This document shows, one piece after another, positions 14,809-17,275 of a stretch of DNA of 17,275 bases. Source of the stretch: Fibrobacterota bacterium (GTDB lineage Bacteria; Fibrobacterota; Fibrobacteria; UBA11236); assembly GCA_043753995.1 (NCBI GenBank), contig JAYUVP010000334.1, forward strand, positions 1 to 17,275. Direction: 5' to 3'. Each line of letters starts with the position of its first letter. Positions within the stretch are counted from its first letter, which is position 1. A program made the position numbers and the translations under genes. The notes beneath the pieces are model-generated. The model worked only from the letters and a program-made list of their open reading frames with translations. It did not search any database and had not been told where the DNA came from.

Positions 14809-17106
14809 TCAGGCCTTGGCTTCAGCCGCGGTGGGTTTCTTATTGGCGACTTCGCTCAATTGGCGGCCGAGGCAACTATGCGCCGCTTCGACGAAAATCT
14901 GCGCTTCGTGCAAAAGTCGCGCAGTCTGCTCGCGATCGAGTTTTTTGTTTCGCTCCTCATGCCCATGGAAGTAATACTGCTGGGCGCGAGCGCCGGCATG
15001 GGGGTCATTGAATATTCCCGTATCATGAAAACGGGTCACGAATTCGCGATGCACGGTATCGGGATCAGAGGAAATGTCAGGATTACTGTTTTTGATTAAT
15101 CCCTGGGCCGCCAGCAGCATGGCCTCATAGGCCTTTTTACGGGCGGATTCAATGTCGCCATCATCGTATTTGAGTTGGGCCTCAAAGAGTTCGCGGTCGG
15201 CGGCCTTCAATCCGAAATCGGCCAGGGTCACCAATTCGCCAGCGCATTCGCCAATGCCCTTGTCTTTGACGCTATACTCGCGTACGTCGCCCCAGTCGAC
15301 ATAGAAGCTCTTGTCCTTTTCATAGGCGGGCACGGCGGTGAGGTCTTGCACGCTTTCCATGATTTTTCCCTTGCCGGTACGCTCGACCCAGCGGCGGAAG
15401 CTTTCATTGCCTTCGCGATGCTTGACGAAGAGCTCGGTGAGGCGATCGACGACGGCAGGCACGGATTTGCTGGGTATGCCGCCCACGCCAATACCATAAG
15501 CACCGCCATTATTGGCCCATTCGCCGCCCAAGACCATTTGAAAATGGGGAACGACATAACCGCCCACATTTCGCGATATGCCGTAAAAGCCGATATCGGA
15601 AATGTGTTGCTGGCCGCAGCTATTGAAGCAGCCCGAGATTTTGATTTTCAGGTTTTGCGCCGCTGCGTCCATGTCATGGAAGCGCGAGGCCAAACGCGTA
15701 CGCAATTCGCCCGCCAATCCACGCGAGCTGGCAATGCCGAGCTTGCAGGTGTCGGTGGCGGGGCAGGCGGTGATGTCGACGATGCTTTCCGCTCCGGCCT
15801 CAGCGAGACCGATGGCTTTGAGTGCGTCGTAAAGTGCGGGAACATCCTTGGTGCTCACCCAGCGCAAAACCACGTTTTGCTCGACCGTGGTGCGCACCGT
15901 GTCCTTCACGAATTTGCGGCAAACCTCCGCCAAGGCGCGCATTTGATTGCTGGAAGCATCGCCCATGGGTAACGCTACGGTGACGGTCACGAAACCGGCT
16001 TGGCGCTGATGATAAAGGTTGGTTTTAGCCCACAGGGTATAGTCCGCATCGTCGCGCTTGGGCACGTCGCCGCCGGGAGCATGCATGGGCTTTTCGACGA
16101 AGCTATCCAGGTTGGCGATGAAGGAGCGCCAGCGAGGGTCGTCGGGTAATTTGGCGCGCTCTTCAAGCACGGTTTCGCGGAATTTATCAATGCCGAGATC
16201 CGCCACCAAATACTTGATGCGAGCGCGGTGACGCTTTTTCTTTTCGCCAAGGCGGGCGAAAATGCGGCAAATGGCCTGAATCAATCCAAGCAAGTCTTCT
16301 TCGGCCACGAAGTCGCCGAAAAGCTTGGCTTCATAAGGCACCGCACCGAGGCCGCCGCCTACATACAATTCAAAGCCGCGCTTTTCCTTGCCATCCATAT
16401 TGCGCTTCACGGCAATCATGCCGATATCGTGAATATTGGTGAGCCCGCAGGGATTGGTCTTGCAACCCGAGAGGGCGATCTTCATTTTGCGGCCAAAGTC
16501 TTGCACGTCGGGATGACCCAGCAAGTATTCGAAAACCGCGTGAGCATAGGGAGTGATGTCGAATTGCTCATCCCGGCAAACCCCGGCGATCGGGCAACCC
16601 GTGACATTGCGGACACTATTGCCGCAAGCTTCACGCACGGTAATACCGGCGGCGGCCAAACGGCGGAACATGCTGGGGCAATTCTCGATATGCACATAGT
16701 GCAATTGAATGTCTTGACGCGTGGTGATATGGCAAATGCCGTCGCTGTATTCCTCGGCGAGATCGGCCATCACATCCATTTGATCGGGCGTCATACCGCC
16801 ATAAGGCAATTTGATGCGCTCCATGCCGGGAGCGTCCCAATAAGTGCCGGGTCCCTTGAACTCCTCGCTGAAAGGAATTTGGTGAATCTCTTGACCATTG
16901 TGCCGGTGGCCATTGTCATAGCGTTGGCCATAAGCGCCCATGCGCAAACGCGTTTCAGCGAAGAGCTTATGATCGATTTTGCCTTGCTTTTTCAGCAGAA
17001 TATCGGTTTCGAATTCATCGATATGATTGCGCCAGTCAGGACGAATGCCGGGATTCAGCTTCTCCTTCCAAATGGCGGAGGCTTCGGAGCGGACGAGATC
17101 ATTCAT
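14809..17106 (-). CDS. Siroheme/[4Fe-4S] sulfite (or nitrite) reductase hemoprotein, ferredoxin-dependent type, with a C-terminal HEPN-like domain
   Basis: 765 aa. Motifs GAYGQR, RIKLPYG, HITTRQDIQ, CGNSVRN, RKMKIALSGC, GGGLG, RARIKYL and RTTVEQN, with cluster/siroheme ligands CPATDTC and SGCFNSCGQ. An extra helical domain follows GIGECAGE. Shine-Dalgarno GAGGG upstream. Confidence 0.92.
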   Translation of the reverse strand: MNDLVRSEASAIWKEKLNPGIRPDWRNHIDEFETDILLKKQGKIDHKLFAETRLRMGAYGQRYDNGHRHNGQEIHQIPFSEEFKGPGTYWDAPGMERIKLPYGGMTPDQMDVMADLAEEYSDGICHITTRQDIQLHYVHIENCPSMFRRLAAAGITVREACGNSVRNVTGCPIAGVCRDEQFDITPYAHAVFEYLLGHPDVQDFGRKMKIALSGCKTNPCGLTNIHDIGMIAVKRNMDGKEKRGFELYVGGGLGAVPYEAKLFGDFVAEEDLLGLIQAICRIFARLGEKKKRHRARIKYLVADLGIDKFRETVLEERAKLPDDPRWRSFIANLDSFVEKPMHAPGGDVPKRDDADYTLWAKTNLYHQRQAGFVTVTVALPMGDASSNQMRALAEVCRKFVKDTVRTTVEQNVVLRWVSTKDVPALYDALKAIGLAEAGAESIVDITACPATDTCKLGIASSRGLAGELRTRLASRFHDMDAAAQNLKIKISGCFNSCGQQHISDIGFYGISRNVGGYVVPHFQMVLGGEWANNGGAYGIGVGGIPSKSVPAVVDRLTELFVKHREGNESFRRWVERTGKGKIMESVQDLTAVPAYEKDKSFYVDWGDVREYSVKDKGIGECAGELVTLADFGLKAADRELFEAQLKYDDGDIESARKKAYEAMLLAAQGLIKNSNPDISSDPDTVHREFVTRFHDTGIFNDPHAGARAQQYYFHGHEERNKKLDREQTARLLHEAQIFVEAAHSCLGRQLSEVANKKPTAAEAKA

Positions 17107-17160
17107 ACAAGGCCCTCGGACATAAATAGGAGAGCAAATATAAATGCATGTGCGGCAATT

Positions 17161-17195
17161 CCTATTAAACCTACGGATATAGTAGGTTTGCTAGG
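17161..17195. promoter_or_regulatory. Palindromic operator-like site upstream of the reductase operon
   Basis: Perfect inverted repeat AAACCTAC-N7-GTAGGTTT (17167-17189), flanked symmetrically by CCTA (17161) and TAGG (17192), about 55-90 nt upstream of the start codon. Confidence 0.65.
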
Positions 17196-17199
17196 GGTA

Positions 17200-17247
17200 A
17201 GCCCCAAATTCTCGCCCTTTTAAAGGAAAAAGGGGGCGAGGAGGGCT
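17200..17247. terminator. GC-rich hairpin, possibly the terminator of a gene outside the window
   Basis: CTCGCCC(TTTT)...(AAAA)..GGGCGAG stem at 17211-17240, with outer AGCCC/GGGCT arms. No clear U-tract, so the direction is uncertain. Confidence 0.35.
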
Positions 17248-17275
17248 CCGAATGGGGAAGTCAGTTTTGCTCGGG

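Noticed and set aside
14809..15250. HEPN domain as a toxin or anti-phage RNase
   Set aside because: There is no R-x4-6-H catalytic motif and no adjacent nucleotidyltransferase antitoxin, and the domain is fused to a metabolic enzyme.
15175..17223. Long + strand ORFs of 265 and 331 aa
   Set aside because: They are antisense to the well-supported reductase, have no recognisable motifs, and are typical of GC-biased codon usage.

Overview
Bacterial genomic window with 14 supportable protein-coding genes and no visible rRNA, tRNA, CRISPR array or mobile element. Left half (1-8262): a divergently arranged signalling locus. Leftward are a degenerate (pseudo-)receiver protein and a FapA/DUF342 protein with a duplicated N-terminal region. 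Rightward are two CheX/CheC-like phosphatases, a CheY-like receiver, a membrane-anchored CheA-like kinase (TM-sensor-TM-HAMP-PAS-HPt-CheA-type HATPase, with no CheW/P5 domain) and two exported solute-binding-type proteins that have no transporter. This looks like a self-contained chemosensory-type pathway without MCP, CheW, CheR or CheB, and is the most interesting feature. Right half (8320-17275): a THUMP/RlmL-like RNA methyltransferase, a Gly/RGG-rich RRM RNA-binding protein, a DUF1801/YdhG protein, a Pseudomonas-type GH13 isoamylase lacking a signal peptide, an atypical Rossmann-fold NAD(P)-binding protein, and an operon of a siroheme sulfite/nitrite reductase (C-terminal HEPN-like domain) plus a hypothetical protein, preceded by a palindromic operator-like site. 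Several first-in-unit genes have a -10 hexamer only 7-11 nt before the start codon and no Shine-Dalgarno, suggesting leaderless mRNAs. All family calls come from motif recognition by eye; no database search was run.
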